DNA from: a virus | Lineage: Duplodnaviria > Caudoviricetes | Virus record (IMG/VR): IMGVR_UViG_3300028886_000035 | Coordinates: 217,187-281,186 of that record | Length of the DNA stretch: 64,000 bases | Strand: one strand, 5' to 3' | Shown here: positions 37,807 to 48,729 of the stretch, one piece after another | Layout: each line of letters opens with the position of its first letter | Numbering within the stretch: the first letter of the stretch is position 1 | The notes under the pieces: generated by a model | The model's input: the letters and a program-made list of their open reading frames with translations, nothing else | Told to the model about the DNA's origin: nothing | The model's database searches: none | Position numbers and translations under genes: made by a program

Positions 37807-38358
37807 TCATTCTTTATCTGTTTTGTCAACATCATTTTGAATGTTTTCTTTAGTTTCTTTTTCTATATTCTTTTTCACGTTTGCAACAATATCATCTACA
37901 AACGTTTTTGCACGTTGAAGTTCCATACAAGATTCTTGAATAAACTTTACAATCTCATTGTAATACATAGATACAATCAATTTTGTTGGTTTTTCAACAT
38001 GACTTGCGAACCAAGTTTCATCTACTTCAATTACACTAATATGATTTTTATTTTCCTGTGAAAAATTCACAAGTGCAACCCAATTTGTATTCTCTTTACT
38101 TGAATATTCTGTTTCATAAAACACGTCTTTATTCACGAAATCAAATACAATATATACATTATATGTATCAGAATGTAATACACGTAATTTAATTTTTGTA
38201 TCTACACCACTCATAAAATCAAGTTGTTTCATCAACTCATTTTTAATAACCAATGCAGAAATATTTAAATCATCAGAATCATAATAATTTGAATGTATAA
38301 CATAACGATAAAAATCATTTTGTTTAACGTCCAATTTAATTGTATAAACATTACTCAT
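37807..38358 (-). CDS. Hypothetical protein
   Basis: Translationally coupled to the NusG-like gene. Confidence 0.6.
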   Translation of the reverse strand: MSNVYTIKLDVKQNDFYRYVIHSNYYDSDDLNISALVIKNELMKQLDFMSGVDTKIKLRVLHSDTYNVYIVFDFVNKDVFYETEYSSKENTNWVALVNFSQENKNHISVIEVDETWFASHVEKPTKLIVSMYYNEIVKFIQESCMELQRAKTFVDDIVANVKKNIEKETKENIQNDVDKTDKE

Positions 38359-38857
38359 TGACTAAATCTCCCTCAATTGTAGTATCAAACATATGATATT
38401 TTGCTTGTTTCTCATTTAGTTTTTTTAGTTCTTCTTCTGAAAATCCTTCAGGAGCATATTCCTCTTTAATTTTATCAATATCGTATTGTGTAAGACATTG
38501 TGGAATTCCACCTACAGTTGGGATAACTGCAACACCTGTTGTACCTCTAAGTAAATTCCAAATACGCTCTGTCAGAATACATTTAATAAATACATAGTTT
38601 GAAAAAGCACCTTTTACTTTATGAATTTTATCCTTTTTAGTACCATCAACAAGCGTAACTTGTTTTTTTGTATACTTAATTGGAATATAATAATCACTAA
38701 TATATTTTTCCAACTCCGTACCTTCAACGGCTTCTTTTACATTTTGAATATACTTAGCTTCATAGTTAAATTGTGTAACAACAGTATACCATCTATATTT
38801 ATTCGGCACATTACTTAGGTCAACTTTCCCTAAAACGATACGTTTAAACATGAACAA
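38351..38857 (-). CDS. NusG N-terminal (NGN) domain protein without KOW
   Basis: RWYTV.T..NYE, IP, F.NYVFI......W..LR.T.GV, P..LT..DI. Confidence 0.8.
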   Translation of the reverse strand: MFMFKRIVLGKVDLSNVPNKYRWYTVVTQFNYEAKYIQNVKEAVEGTELEKYISDYYIPIKYTKKQVTLVDGTKKDKIHKVKGAFSNYVFIKCILTERIWNLLRGTTGVAVIPTVGGIPQCLTQYDIDKIKEEYAPEGFSEEELKKLNEKQAKYHMFDTTIEGDLVNE

Positions 38858-38992
38858 TACTCCTTTTCTGTTTTCCTATATTATATCAAACAGAAAAAAA
38901 ACAGTCAAATTTAGCTTGTGGAAATCAATTTAACTGCTTTTTATTCAATTACATTTTTACCGCCGTAAAAGAAATATATTATAAATTAAATT

Positions 38993-39358
38993 TTATCCTT
39001 CTGAAAGTTTCTGATTTAATTTGCTAACTGCTTCCCTGCTCACACCATATTTCTTTGCAATAGCGTCAAATGTATTATGTTGTTTTCTATACTCCTGAAT
39101 CATATCATAAGCCAATTTATTGCGCAACGTCTTATGACCATTATTTTTAACATTTACTTCTTTGATACCACCAGCTGCTTGAATGGCATTACTGATATTT
39201 CCAAAGTAATGGCTCAATAGACCATACTCTTTTCGATATACACTACGAAACTGTCCAATGTCAATATGATTGTCCTTGTCCATACAAGTTTTGAGTAGAC
39301 GAATCAATTCATTTCGTTTCTGTTCATGTTTATTAGCTACAACGTTCATCATACTCAC
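38993..39358 (-). CDS. HTH DNA-binding protein
   Basis: TFDAIAKKYGVSREAVS. Confidence 0.65.
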   Translation of the reverse strand: MSMMNVVANKHEQKRNELIRLLKTCMDKDNHIDIGQFRSVYRKEYGLLSHYFGNISNAIQAAGGIKEVNVKNNGHKTLRNKLAYDMIQEYRKQHNTFDAIAKKYGVSREAVSKLNQKLSEG

Positions 39359-39364
39359 CTACAA

Positions 39365-39667
39365 TCAATCCATCATCGTTTTCTCCAAAATGATACCATA
39401 TTTCATATAGTCATTCACTTTACTAGGAGAATCCTCCATAATCATCTTACGAACGGTATTCATATTCTTTTCATCAATTACAATGTTATGATTTTCATAT
39501 TCCGTTTTAATGCGTTTCCATAGTTTCCTACGACTATCACGAGTATCACGATATACATTCTGCTCATAAAGCGGATTCATAGAAGTGTGTGTACGATTTT
39601 CATCACAGTTAAAAAATTCATAGGCACAACGGATTTTCTTCATTTTAGACATGGTATTTTCCTCCAA
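39365..39667 (-). CDS. Hypothetical protein
   Basis: ORF with SD. Confidence 0.55.
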   Translation of the reverse strand: MEENTMSKMKKIRCAYEFFNCDENRTHTSMNPLYEQNVYRDTRDSRRKLWKRIKTEYENHNIVIDEKNMNTVRKMIMEDSPSKVNDYMKYGIILEKTMMD

Positions 39668-39720
39668 TACATAGGGAGATATTTTTATCCCCCACTATTC
39701 ATTGTTATTTGAAATGAAGA

Positions 39721-41109
39721 TTATTCATCTTCAAATTCATCTGCGTCAAGAGTAGCACTCTTACCAAAAGGCGGTTTGTTGTTAGGAGTTGTGTAAATCC
39801 AAAGTACAGGCAACCCATTCGTTTTTTCAATTGGTGGATAATCACAATACCCATCAGTAAGAATAATCACACCATTGATGTTGTCAAATTTATCCTGATT
39901 ATTTTCAATAAAATCAAAGATACAATCATAGGACGTACCGCCACCACCATAAGGAACTAGGTCGGAAATATCACCTTCATGTTCATCAAAATCGTAAATG
40001 TGTTTATCTACATCACTATCAAAGAACAAAAGTTTACCATGAAGATGTGCTTTGAATTGGTTAATTGCACCCTGAATTTCAGAATAGCACATATTCATTT
40101 CTTTTATACCCATTGAACCTGACGTATCAACAAAGAACAAAATATCATTGACAACCTCAATAGTATCATTGAAGTCAAACATGAAGAAGTCGCTTTCATA
40201 ACGCTTATCAGGAGGCATCATGGAATAGTCGTTAAATTCTTCCTGAATGAAATCTTGCAACAATACACGCCAATTCTTCTGCGGATGCTTAATCTCATTA
40301 ATTACACGTTCCATACCGAGAACGCCAACACCCTGTTTCTTAGCAATTTCTGCTGCAGAAAGAAGATTACCTTCCCACTTAATTTTTTGCTGAGTCTTAT
40401 TATTCGTAGAAGATTTATCTTCTTTCTCCCATGATTTATGGTTCTGCGGAGCGTTATACTGTTTTCCATCATAGGTAATGGAACTATTATTAGAACCATT
40501 TTCATTCTGATTTTGCGTCTGCCCACTTCCGTTATTGGAGTTGTTCTTATTTCCGTTTTTGCCTTTACTACTTGAAGAAGAACCACTACTACCATTAGAC
40601 TGTTTGTTTTTACCTTGCCCCTGCCTACCACTCTGTTTAGACTTTTTTGCCTTTTTCTTCAGAATGTTATAAATTTCTTCTGCGGATTTGTTTTCAAAAT
40701 CTTCATTAAAAAGGCAACCTTCTGGCATTTTTACTTCAACAGTTAGCGCACCACCAAACATACGAGAATTTTGCTGATAGTAAGCATTTGCAGCAGTTTT
40801 GATAATAGAATTAACTGCAAAATCTGTAGCAAAATTCCAAAGCGTCATATCACGGCTATCTCTACGCCAAAGGTGTCCCAATGCACAATGCATAACCTCA
40901 TGGATGAGAACGAAAACGACCTCACCAATTTCTATACTATCAACAAACGATGGATTATACATGATTTTATTACCATCAGTACACATCGTTGGCTGATTTT
41001 TGTTTTCAACAATCTTCATTTTAAGCATGAGAATGGAGAAAAACGGATAATCAGTAATGATAATATTTTTGGCTTTTGTCATTTTCTGCTCAGATGTAAG
41101 TTTCTTCAT
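39721..41109 (-). CDS. DUF2201-type metallopeptidase-like + vWA protein
   Basis: TM.TDG, HEVMH, WN.A.D..VN, VDTSGSM, GGGGT, ILTDGY. Confidence 0.85.
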   Translation of the reverse strand: MKKLTSEQKMTKAKNIIITDYPFFSILMLKMKIVENKNQPTMCTDGNKIMYNPSFVDSIEIGEVVFVLIHEVMHCALGHLWRRDSRDMTLWNFATDFAVNSIIKTAANAYYQQNSRMFGGALTVEVKMPEGCLFNEDFENKSAEEIYNILKKKAKKSKQSGRQGQGKNKQSNGSSGSSSSSKGKNGNKNNSNNGSGQTQNQNENGSNNSSITYDGKQYNAPQNHKSWEKEDKSSTNNKTQQKIKWEGNLLSAAEIAKKQGVGVLGMERVINEIKHPQKNWRVLLQDFIQEEFNDYSMMPPDKRYESDFFMFDFNDTIEVVNDILFFVDTSGSMGIKEMNMCYSEIQGAINQFKAHLHGKLLFFDSDVDKHIYDFDEHEGDISDLVPYGGGGTSYDCIFDFIENNQDKFDNINGVIILTDGYCDYPPIEKTNGLPVLWIYTTPNNKPPFGKSATLDADEFEDE

Positions 41110-41248
41110 TTCTTGTACCTCCCCTTATCTCTTTACTTATATTATACACGGTACAGGTTAATTTGTCAACATTTTTTTTGAATAAAATTTATTTTTTTAA
41201 TAAAAATAGGTACACAGAATATTCTGTGTACCTATCAACCAGACAATA

Positions 41249-42415
41249 TTATGGCATAATATCATCTGCAATCTCCGAAATAAGATTCGAGAAGTCAGGA
41301 TTGGAAACGAGAATATCAATTGCGTCCTGCGAAACAGAATGGCAAAGGTCTTTGCACGTAACCGTAATGTACTCGCTCTGCGGAATGAGCGAAATGAACT
41401 TACAAACATTAGAAAGCGTTTCATTCAGCTTCTTCATTTCCTGCTCTTTGGATACATCTGCCTTTTTGCAAAGCGTGACACAATGCGATGCAATCATGGT
41501 AGAAAGTGCATACATAGCGTCAGGATTACCATTAGACAGTTTACGAGGGAATGCTTTCAGTTTACCATTAGCAATATCTTCCCATGCAGGAAGTTTGTCA
41601 TACACATTGACATACGTAGAAAACTCCTGCGCTGTACCATAGCCAATTGTACCTGCGATACATCCGAACATATCCTGCATTTCACCGCATTTCAGGTACG
41701 TATTAACCATTTCCCACGAACGAGGGGTAGGAAATGCCACATCATCAGAAGATGGGTCAAAATTGCAAAGATAATCAGGATTGTTTTTGATAAAAGCAAT
41801 AATACGCATATCAATGCCATTATGATAAGCCCAATACTCCCAATTTTCAGGGTCAGCAATCATTTCAAAATGCGTAAGACGGTTGCCAAGAGGTTTAGGC
41901 ATTTTATAGGCGACTGCTTTGTCAGTCGTGCGGTTTCCTGCTGCAATCACAATGCAATTCTTAGGAAGTTTGTGTTCACCAACACGCTTATCAAGACAAA
42001 TCTGATAAGCTGCAGCCTGTACAGAAGGTGGAGCAGCAGAAATTTCATCAAGAAACAGAACGTTGACAATATCCTCTGAAGCATCCATTTTGAAGATTTC
42101 AGGAGTAAGCCAACGAGCGACCATATCACCATTGTCATCTTCCGTCTTTGCAGGAATACCACGTAGGTCAATCGGGTTCATCAGAAGGAGCGATGCAACA
42201 ACAACATTTGCCTTTTTATTGAGCTTCTTAGCAAGAAGGTCTGCTGCTTCCTTAACAGACTGCGACTTACCAACACCAGGCATACCCCAAAGCATAATTG
42301 CAGGAATATGAGCAAACATATCCTTGTTGGAATACAGATTGACGAAAATGTTGATAAAATCCTTCGGATTAATCTGCATATAATTGTTAGTATGAATTTC
42401 TTTTGCTTTAGCCAT
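41249..42415 (-). CDS. MoxR-like AAA+ ATPase
   Basis: GMPGVGKS, DLRGIP, LFLDE, AAGNR, NR, TPRSWE. Confidence 0.9.
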   Translation of the reverse strand: MAKAKEIHTNNYMQINPKDFINIFVNLYSNKDMFAHIPAIMLWGMPGVGKSQSVKEAADLLAKKLNKKANVVVASLLLMNPIDLRGIPAKTEDDNGDMVARWLTPEIFKMDASEDIVNVLFLDEISAAPPSVQAAAYQICLDKRVGEHKLPKNCIVIAAGNRTTDKAVAYKMPKPLGNRLTHFEMIADPENWEYWAYHNGIDMRIIAFIKNNPDYLCNFDPSSDDVAFPTPRSWEMVNTYLKCGEMQDMFGCIAGTIGYGTAQEFSTYVNVYDKLPAWEDIANGKLKAFPRKLSNGNPDAMYALSTMIASHCVTLCKKADVSKEQEMKKLNETLSNVCKFISLIPQSEYITVTCKDLCHSVSQDAIDILVSNPDFSNLISEIADDIMP

Positions 42416-42502
42416 TTCAATATACCTCTTTCTTGTTTATCTCTCTTGAATTACCTTACACCATTATAGTATCACAATATCAATCTTGTGTCAACACTTT
42501 TT

Positions 42503-42685
42503 TTAAATTTCTTTGATACGCGTTTCTGCTTTTGCAAGACGGAGCAAAGTATCAAGTCGTTTCATAGCATAAGTAAGTTTAAAAATCGCAACTTCCTCAA
42601 AATCCTTAGTTGCAAAATTGAACTCATTCTCTGCCGAGCGCACATCTTTAATAGCCTGATTGATTTCCTCATTCGTCGTAATCAT
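42503..42685 (-). CDS. YaaL/DUF2508-like small protein
   Basis: A.N.F.FA.....AI..L......LLR.AK pattern. Confidence 0.45.
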   Translation of the reverse strand: MITTNEEINQAIKDVRSAENEFNFATKDFEEVAIFKLTYAMKRLDTLLRLAKAETRIKEI

Positions 42686-42830
42686 TTTCTTTTACCTCCA
42701 AAAAATTTTATATCGTTTATTTATTACCTTTTTTCTTTGTACTTATATATTAACAAAAACTCTTCAATTTGTCAACACCTTTTTGAAAAAATTTATAAAA
42801 AAGAGACTAGAACTATCTAGTCTCTATATT

Positions 42831-44150
42831 TTAATGAAGAATTTCACATTCATCAATGTGCTTTAATATATACGAATTACAATCTGTATTTACATCTAAA
42901 GACCATTCTTCAGGTATTTTTACAATTCTCATACCATAATCGTTAATAATATTAATAGGAATTTGATAATCTTCTTTATAATGGAGCTTCTGTGTGAAAG
43001 AAGAATAATCTACATGATGATGTATTCTGCTAAACTTATGAACCATATTAGCATATTGTGGATACACATCTACCAACATCTTAGATTTATTGTATGTTCC
43101 TTCCTTTTCATAGAACATATCATTATTACCACCCTTAATTCTCTGTGTGGTTAATTTATCTGCCAAAAACGCATTTAGTTGAATAGTACACCATCCGTTT
43201 GATAGAGCATCTAATGAAATAATTGTATCTTCATTGTATCTACCTCTCCAACGGAAAGGAATATCGTTACGAATAAAAATACAAGAATACATACGAGTAT
43301 TTGTAATGTAAGCAGGGAGTCTATCAATTTCTTTTGCAAATTTAGAATAATTCAAACTAGCCATAGCTACATTATCGAAACGAGTGAAAAAATCTTCTGC
43401 TATTTGAAAAATCAATCCTGTACGTACTTTATATTTGCAATTATGATTTAAATAGTGAAAACAATCAATATTGTCATCCATAACCCAATGATACTTATAT
43501 CCATTTTTCATTGAATGTTCCCAACAAAAATTTCGAGTCCCGCCAGGTCCTTTTCCGATTGTATTACCTCTATCATCTAATGTATCATAATCATCTTTAT
43601 ATTTCATATCTAATGTAAGAATATGAGAATATGGTTTGTCTTTAAATACATTTTGATATTTTTGCACTTCATTCGGTTCTACTACAATATAATGGTCAAC
43701 TTCCATTTGATTTAGCCATTTAGCAGTTAAACACTTTGATAAATCCGCTCTGCCTTTACTGACAATATAAATTGGATATACAGGATGACCATTACCAACT
43801 ACACGAAAATATGTTTTTGTATGTTGTTGTAATTTAGGAAACCAAACTGATTTTGTTCTGTCTGTAATATTTTGTTGAAATATTTTTGATAATTCTTCAC
43901 TTGTTTTATTAGTAGAAAAATCTATTTTTGCATACGCTTCGCTTTTTGGTTGAACAAATTCAGGCATATCAATCCAATATTTTTTCCAATCTTCATTTGG
44001 TTTAACTGTAGTATGTACTTCTCTTTTTCTCTTTAATTCATCTGTATCTAAATTATACTCTTTAACCGTTTTATCTATGAAACAATCGTTATCATAATAA
44101 AATTTATCAATTGCTTCTTGATTATCAAATCGACAAATAATCTTTCTCAT
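42831..44150 (-). CDS. TET/JBP-associated (GREB1-like) glycosyltransferase, probable DNA base modification
   Basis: YPIYIVSKGR, IVVEP, RNFCW, WVMDDNI, NTR.YSC, WRGRYNEDT, GGN. Confidence 0.75.
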   Translation of the reverse strand: MRKIICRFDNQEAIDKFYYDNDCFIDKTVKEYNLDTDELKRKREVHTTVKPNEDWKKYWIDMPEFVQPKSEAYAKIDFSTNKTSEELSKIFQQNITDRTKSVWFPKLQQHTKTYFRVVGNGHPVYPIYIVSKGRADLSKCLTAKWLNQMEVDHYIVVEPNEVQKYQNVFKDKPYSHILTLDMKYKDDYDTLDDRGNTIGKGPGGTRNFCWEHSMKNGYKYHWVMDDNIDCFHYLNHNCKYKVRTGLIFQIAEDFFTRFDNVAMASLNYSKFAKEIDRLPAYITNTRMYSCIFIRNDIPFRWRGRYNEDTIISLDALSNGWCTIQLNAFLADKLTTQRIKGGNNDMFYEKEGTYNKSKMLVDVYPQYANMVHKFSRIHHHVDYSSFTQKLHYKEDYQIPINIINDYGMRIVKIPEEWSLDVNTDCNSYILKHIDECEILH

Positions 44151-44306
44151 TTGTAACTCTCCATTTACTATAAATAAAATTATACTTCAATTCTTATCAA
44201 CTTATATTATATCAAATCATAATCAGTATAGCAAGTAATACCTTGACAAATTTTATATTTATGATATAATTATATATGTAAAAATTTGAAAAGGAGATAC
44301 AAAACC

Positions 44307-44696
44307 ATGATTACTTATGACATCAACGAAGAAACTAAAACTATCAAATGTACTCTTGAAGGAGAAGAAATTAAGAATTGTATGATTAATCATCTAAACA
44401 AAATTCTTCATAATTATCCAAATAATATGATTAAGGTTGATACAACTAAACTTGAGCTTTCTTCTTCTTATACAGGGATTGCAAAATATGCAAGTGATGA
44501 AACAATTGAATTTAACATTGATACAGGTAAAACCATTGCACGTAAAAAAGCATTTGCAAAAATGAATAAGGCAATTGCAAAACGTTTTAATCTTATTATG
44601 AAAAACGCGCAATACCTTTATGAAAACGCACTCTGCAATTCATTTGACTATGATAATGTAGTAAAAGATATTCATCGTAAACTCAACAAGTATTAA
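44307..44696 (+). CDS. Conserved phage hypothetical protein
   Basis: G.AK....D..F..D.GK.IA..KA; SD AAAGGAG. Confidence 0.6.
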   Translation: MITYDINEETKTIKCTLEGEEIKNCMINHLNKILHNYPNNMIKVDTTKLELSSSYTGIAKYASDETIEFNIDTGKTIARKKAFAKMNKAIAKRFNLIMKNAQYLYENALCNSFDYDNVVKDIHRKLNKY

Positions 44697-44743
44697 TTAT
44701 ATATTTAAATAACAAAAAAGAGGGGATTAAAACTCCTCTCTTT

Positions 44744-45409
44744 TTATTTTGCCAAATATGTATTGACATCAGCGGAATTATAAAAGAAATTTCCTGCTTT
44801 CCAACGTAAAAGGTCAGAATAACTATCAAATTTCTTTTTACAAATCTTACTTTTGTCCTTATCCAATTTTAACGATTCATTTAAAGCATATTCAATATAA
44901 TAATATTCTTGATTGAATTTTGGCTTGTAATTTGTCCTAACACAAAGGTTATCATTTAAAATATCAAATACAGTAGCGTATGGAGGAATTACGCTCCAAA
45001 TATCTTCACAGTTATTAACTAAATTTGCAAGATAAATGTTACCATTTAATGTCGCAATATAGGTTTTATCGTTATTTCCTACAATATAAAATTCTTCGTC
45101 AATATGCAAATTATATTTCTTTAAAATTTTTGTATCATAGAACTTTTCAAATGGCAAAATTTCTGTATTTTCATAAAGTGAATTTTTATCTTTCAAATTC
45201 ACAATTACTTTTCCATCAACTGTGTCTAAAGATAAATACACAACGTTATCTTTAGAATACAAAATTGAAAAATCTTTTTTTGTAATATTGTTTTTTGAAA
45301 AAGAAAAATTCTTTAATTCTTTAAAAAAATCCCAAAATTGATAAAAATTGATGATTTCAACTACTGCATTTTCATTAACCATTTTATCAATCAAGTCTTT
45401 TTTAATCAT
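44744..45409 (-). CDS. Hypothetical protein
   Basis: Coupled ORF. Confidence 0.55.
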   Translation of the reverse strand: MIKKDLIDKMVNENAVVEIINFYQFWDFFKELKNFSFSKNNITKKDFSILYSKDNVVYLSLDTVDGKVIVNLKDKNSLYENTEILPFEKFYDTKILKKYNLHIDEEFYIVGNNDKTYIATLNGNIYLANLVNNCEDIWSVIPPYATVFDILNDNLCVRTNYKPKFNQEYYYIEYALNESLKLDKDKSKICKKKFDSYSDLLRWKAGNFFYNSADVNTYLAK

Positions 45410-45695
45410 TTGCTTTTAACTCCTTCAGTTTTTCAATAGAAGCGCAAATAACAGAAATACTTACAGGATTAGGCAAACTCTTGCCACGTAAGAACTCACT
45501 TACGGCATCAGGAGAAACACCTGCATACCAGCCAATTTCATTATAACTAAGTTTAGCCTTGCTACGTTCTCTATTAGCTTTTTCTGCAATTTTTCTGATA
45601 TTATTGTTATAAATATCCAAATGTTTTTTATATTTACTTTTCTGTTCTTCTACTAAATCTTTTAATTCAATTCCATTAATTTTCATTATCTTCAC
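45402..45695 (-). CDS. XRE-family HTH protein
   Basis: LSY.EIG..AGVS...VS..LRGK..P. Confidence 0.7.
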   Translation of the reverse strand: MKIMKINGIELKDLVEEQKSKYKKHLDIYNNNIRKIAEKANRERSKAKLSYNEIGWYAGVSPDAVSEFLRGKSLPNPVSISVICASIEKLKELKAND

Positions 45696-45702
45696 CTTCT
45701 TA

Positions 45703-46389
45703 TTATATTAATTGAATAATTTTATTGTACAAACAAGTATGCTTCTTATCAATATTGATAATGTCTTTGTGCCAATGCCCAAAATACCAATGTTTATAAG
45801 TAAGAATTTTATCTAATTCATCCAAAATAGAATTTGTAGGGTCATTCATATCTGAATATTCAATTAAATATGGAATCATGTTTGTTGTACAAGTGTGTGT
45901 TAATACACAATCTACATTTTTTACTTTATTAGCATTATCAACCATTTCATTTACTTCTTGATAAGATGGAACTTCTTCTTTCCACCAATCAAAACCTTCT
46001 GTACGATATACTTTATCGTATGATTGTGCTCCACCCATTGTAAAAAATGTTTTATTTTGTATATTAAATACTTGTCCACGCATTAAATGAAAAATGGAAT
46101 CAGATATACGATGAATTTTACCACCATTCCACGTTTCCACAGGATAAGAATTTAATCTATCAAAATTACAATGATTCCCATCAATAAACAAAATGGTATA
46201 TGGCAATTCGTTTAATTCTTTTAATTGATATTTTTCTTTTGCATTATCAGGATTTGGATAAAATATAAATCCAAAATCACCTAATATTATCATATAGTCA
46301 TTTTTAGTCAAATTTTTATGTATTTTTGCGAAGTCAAACAATTTTTGACTATCTATATGACCATGAGTATCACCTGTAAGAAATACCAT
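45703..46389 (-). CDS. Calcineurin-like metallophosphoesterase
   Basis: GDTHG, GDFG, DGNH, THT, FGHWH. Confidence 0.9.
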   Translation of the reverse strand: MVFLTGDTHGHIDSQKLFDFAKIHKNLTKNDYMIILGDFGFIFYPNPDNAKEKYQLKELNELPYTILFIDGNHCNFDRLNSYPVETWNGGKIHRISDSIFHLMRGQVFNIQNKTFFTMGGAQSYDKVYRTEGFDWWKEEVPSYQEVNEMVDNANKVKNVDCVLTHTCTTNMIPYLIEYSDMNDPTNSILDELDKILTYKHWYFGHWHKDIINIDKKHTCLYNKIIQLI

Positions 46390-46584
46390 TTATATCCCCC
46401 CTTTTTTTGTTTATATAAAGTATATCATAATTTTAATAATTTGTCAATAGTTTTAAAAATTTTGTTGACAAAATTAAATCATTATGATAACATTTTATAA
46501 GAGGTGATATGTTATGACTGATAATTAATGGGAAGAACAAATCGATATTTACAATCAATTAATAAAAAAGAGGTGAATAACAAT

Positions 46585-46974
46585 ATGGGAATGACACAGA
46601 ATTTCTATGCTGTTGAAAAGGAAGATGTTATTGACGATTTCGATTTCAGAGATAATCACGGTGACAAGTATGGTTGGAGTGAATTCGCGAACTTCTCAAA
46701 AGACTATGAAATCTATAATTGGATGCATAATCTTTGGGAAAAGAAAGTTGCAGCTTCTCCTTCTCATGGAAGCACTACTTTGGAAGAGGAATATCTCTTG
46801 CTCAATGAAGATAATATCTTGCAGTTGGAAAAGGATTTTCAAGACAAGAAAATCCGATTCAATCGCGTTGACGAAGATGTTAATTCTTGGCTGGAAGAAC
46901 GATTTCGAGAATTCTTAGATATGGCAAAGAGATATATCAAATCCAATTTTGTGATTTACTATGAAGCGCGTTAA
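46585..46974 (+). CDS. MGLD-type paralog
   Basis: MGMTQ.F...K...I.NWM..L; SD GAGGTG. Confidence 0.6.
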   Translation: MGMTQNFYAVEKEDVIDDFDFRDNHGDKYGWSEFANFSKDYEIYNWMHNLWEKKVAASPSHGSTTLEEEYLLLNEDNILQLEKDFQDKKIRFNRVDEDVNSWLEERFREFLDMAKRYIKSNFVIYYEAR

Positions 46975-47187
46975 AAATATTATATAAGAATGAAAGGAGA
47001 AAAAACAATGAAAGAAATTATCTGTATTATCGGTGGTTCGCTTTGCTTTATTATCGTCTCCGTAGTTTGTTTCCTTATTCCGGTCAGTGTGGGAGTTTTC
47101 TTGTTCTTGAAGCTCTTGGAACTTGCAGGATTTATTATTTGGGGATGAAAACAGAATTTTGTTTGATTGAAAAAGGAGTTAATCGTC

Positions 47188-47565
47188 ATGGCAAAAATTC
47201 CTGATTTAAGACATTTGGAGCATCTTGCTTGGAACGAGGCGGAAAAGATTCTAAGAGAGCAGAAGCGAAAAATATGGGCGACTCATACGTCCGTTGACCT
47301 CTTCCTTCAAGTGTGGCCAGATACCTCTTGTGGGCTAAGTACAAATCCCTCTTATTTCGCGGGGCAGATGCTAACCGATGAATATACTTCTGTTTTTGAA
47401 TTGCGATGGGTGTATTCAGATGTTCCCGAAGAAGCATGGCTTTATTGTGTGTTTTTTGGGAATGAGTTGGCATATTGTGTGAGAAATCCGAACGCGAAGT
47501 TTTTTGATGACCTGAAGAACCGAAACATGGTGGCTGTTGTTGGCAAAGACAAATACTCCGAGTGA
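47188..47565 (+). CDS. Conserved phage hypothetical protein
   Basis: F.Q.W..T..G...GQ..T..YT.V...VFF...AY...F..DL. Confidence 0.6.
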   Translation: MAKIPDLRHLEHLAWNEAEKILREQKRKIWATHTSVDLFLQVWPDTSCGLSTNPSYFAGQMLTDEYTSVFELRWVYSDVPEEAWLYCVFFGNELAYCVRNPNAKFFDDLKNRNMVAVVGKDKYSE

Positions 47566-47775
47566 GTATACGGAAGTGATTTTATTGCAAATAAATTCCT
47601 ATTTATGTATTCATCCAATAATACCAATTCAGCCAATAAAAAGAGAATTAAAAGATAAACAATATAAAAATAACGACAATGAAGAACAAAACGATAAAGC
47701 GTTTGAAGTTATTCTACATAAACAAGAACAAAAAGAAAATGAGAAAGATAAATAAATCTTTCTCGTTTTTATATA

Positions 47776-48630
47776 TCAAAATTTCAACTTACTTAATAAA
47801 TTGTAAAATGCAAAATAATTTTTGGTGTCTCTTTCTGTACAATAAATAGCGAATTCAATCACTTTAAAACAATTTTTAAATTCGGGTAAAATATCATAGT
47901 ATGCTTTTGCTACAATGGATGGATTATTTTGAAAAGCTCCACAACCAAAAGCTCCCAAAACTAAAATATCTACATTATATGAAGCCACTACAGTTAAAAT
48001 ATGTTTCCCACGTTTTTTATGTAGTTCTAATAATTCATTGTCTGTTAGTTTAATAGCTTTCCCTGTTGTTTTATTCATATAATTACTAGGATTAGCTCTA
48101 AGATTTGGTGCAGGACAACTAATAACATCTAATTTAAGCCAATCTTCCTTATCATACCTTTGCGGAATAGTACTATCTGATTTTATAGCAACAATATCAG
48201 GTGTATAAATACAAGCATCTGTATATTTTACATTATGACGATTTCTATGAAAATTATAAAAATCTTTATAATTGTTTCTCGTATTTAAAACAGGATAAAG
48301 AGTAGTTGTTCTACAAAGACATTCTTCTTGTGCTCTACTACCTTTTGTAACTCCACCACCTGCATTAGTAGCAGAAGCAAAATTTAAAATACAAATTTTT
48401 GATTTTGGAAATTCTTCATCCAATCTATATGCTGCTTCAAGTGTTTTATGTTTTGTAATTCTAATTTCTGCATTTTTTTCATTAGTGGCTTTATAATCAG
48501 GATAATTATCTTCTTTAAAAACAACTGTATTACGAATACTATTAGCTACTGCTTGTTTTAAATTTTTATCTGTTTCATACCATTGTTTTGTATCTTCAAA
48601 AACATCAATCAAATCATCTTTAGTCACCAT
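47776..48630 (-). CDS. TIGR02452/DUF2263 bacterial-type PARG macrodomain
   Basis: LNFASA...GGG...G..AQEE.LCR...L, LVLGAFGCGAF.N. Confidence 0.9.
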   Translation of the reverse strand: MVTKDDLIDVFEDTKQWYETDKNLKQAVANSIRNTVVFKEDNYPDYKATNEKNAEIRITKHKTLEAAYRLDEEFPKSKICILNFASATNAGGGVTKGSRAQEECLCRTTTLYPVLNTRNNYKDFYNFHRNRHNVKYTDACIYTPDIVAIKSDSTIPQRYDKEDWLKLDVISCPAPNLRANPSNYMNKTTGKAIKLTDNELLELHKKRGKHILTVVASYNVDILVLGAFGCGAFQNNPSIVAKAYYDILPEFKNCFKVIEFAIYCTERDTKNYFAFYNLLSKLKF

Positions 48631-48729
48631 GACGTATACCCCTTCCTACATAAAACATTTTGCAACAAACAAAAAATACGCATTTTCTTTAATGCGTATT
48701 ATATATCAAATGTATTAATTTGTCAATAA

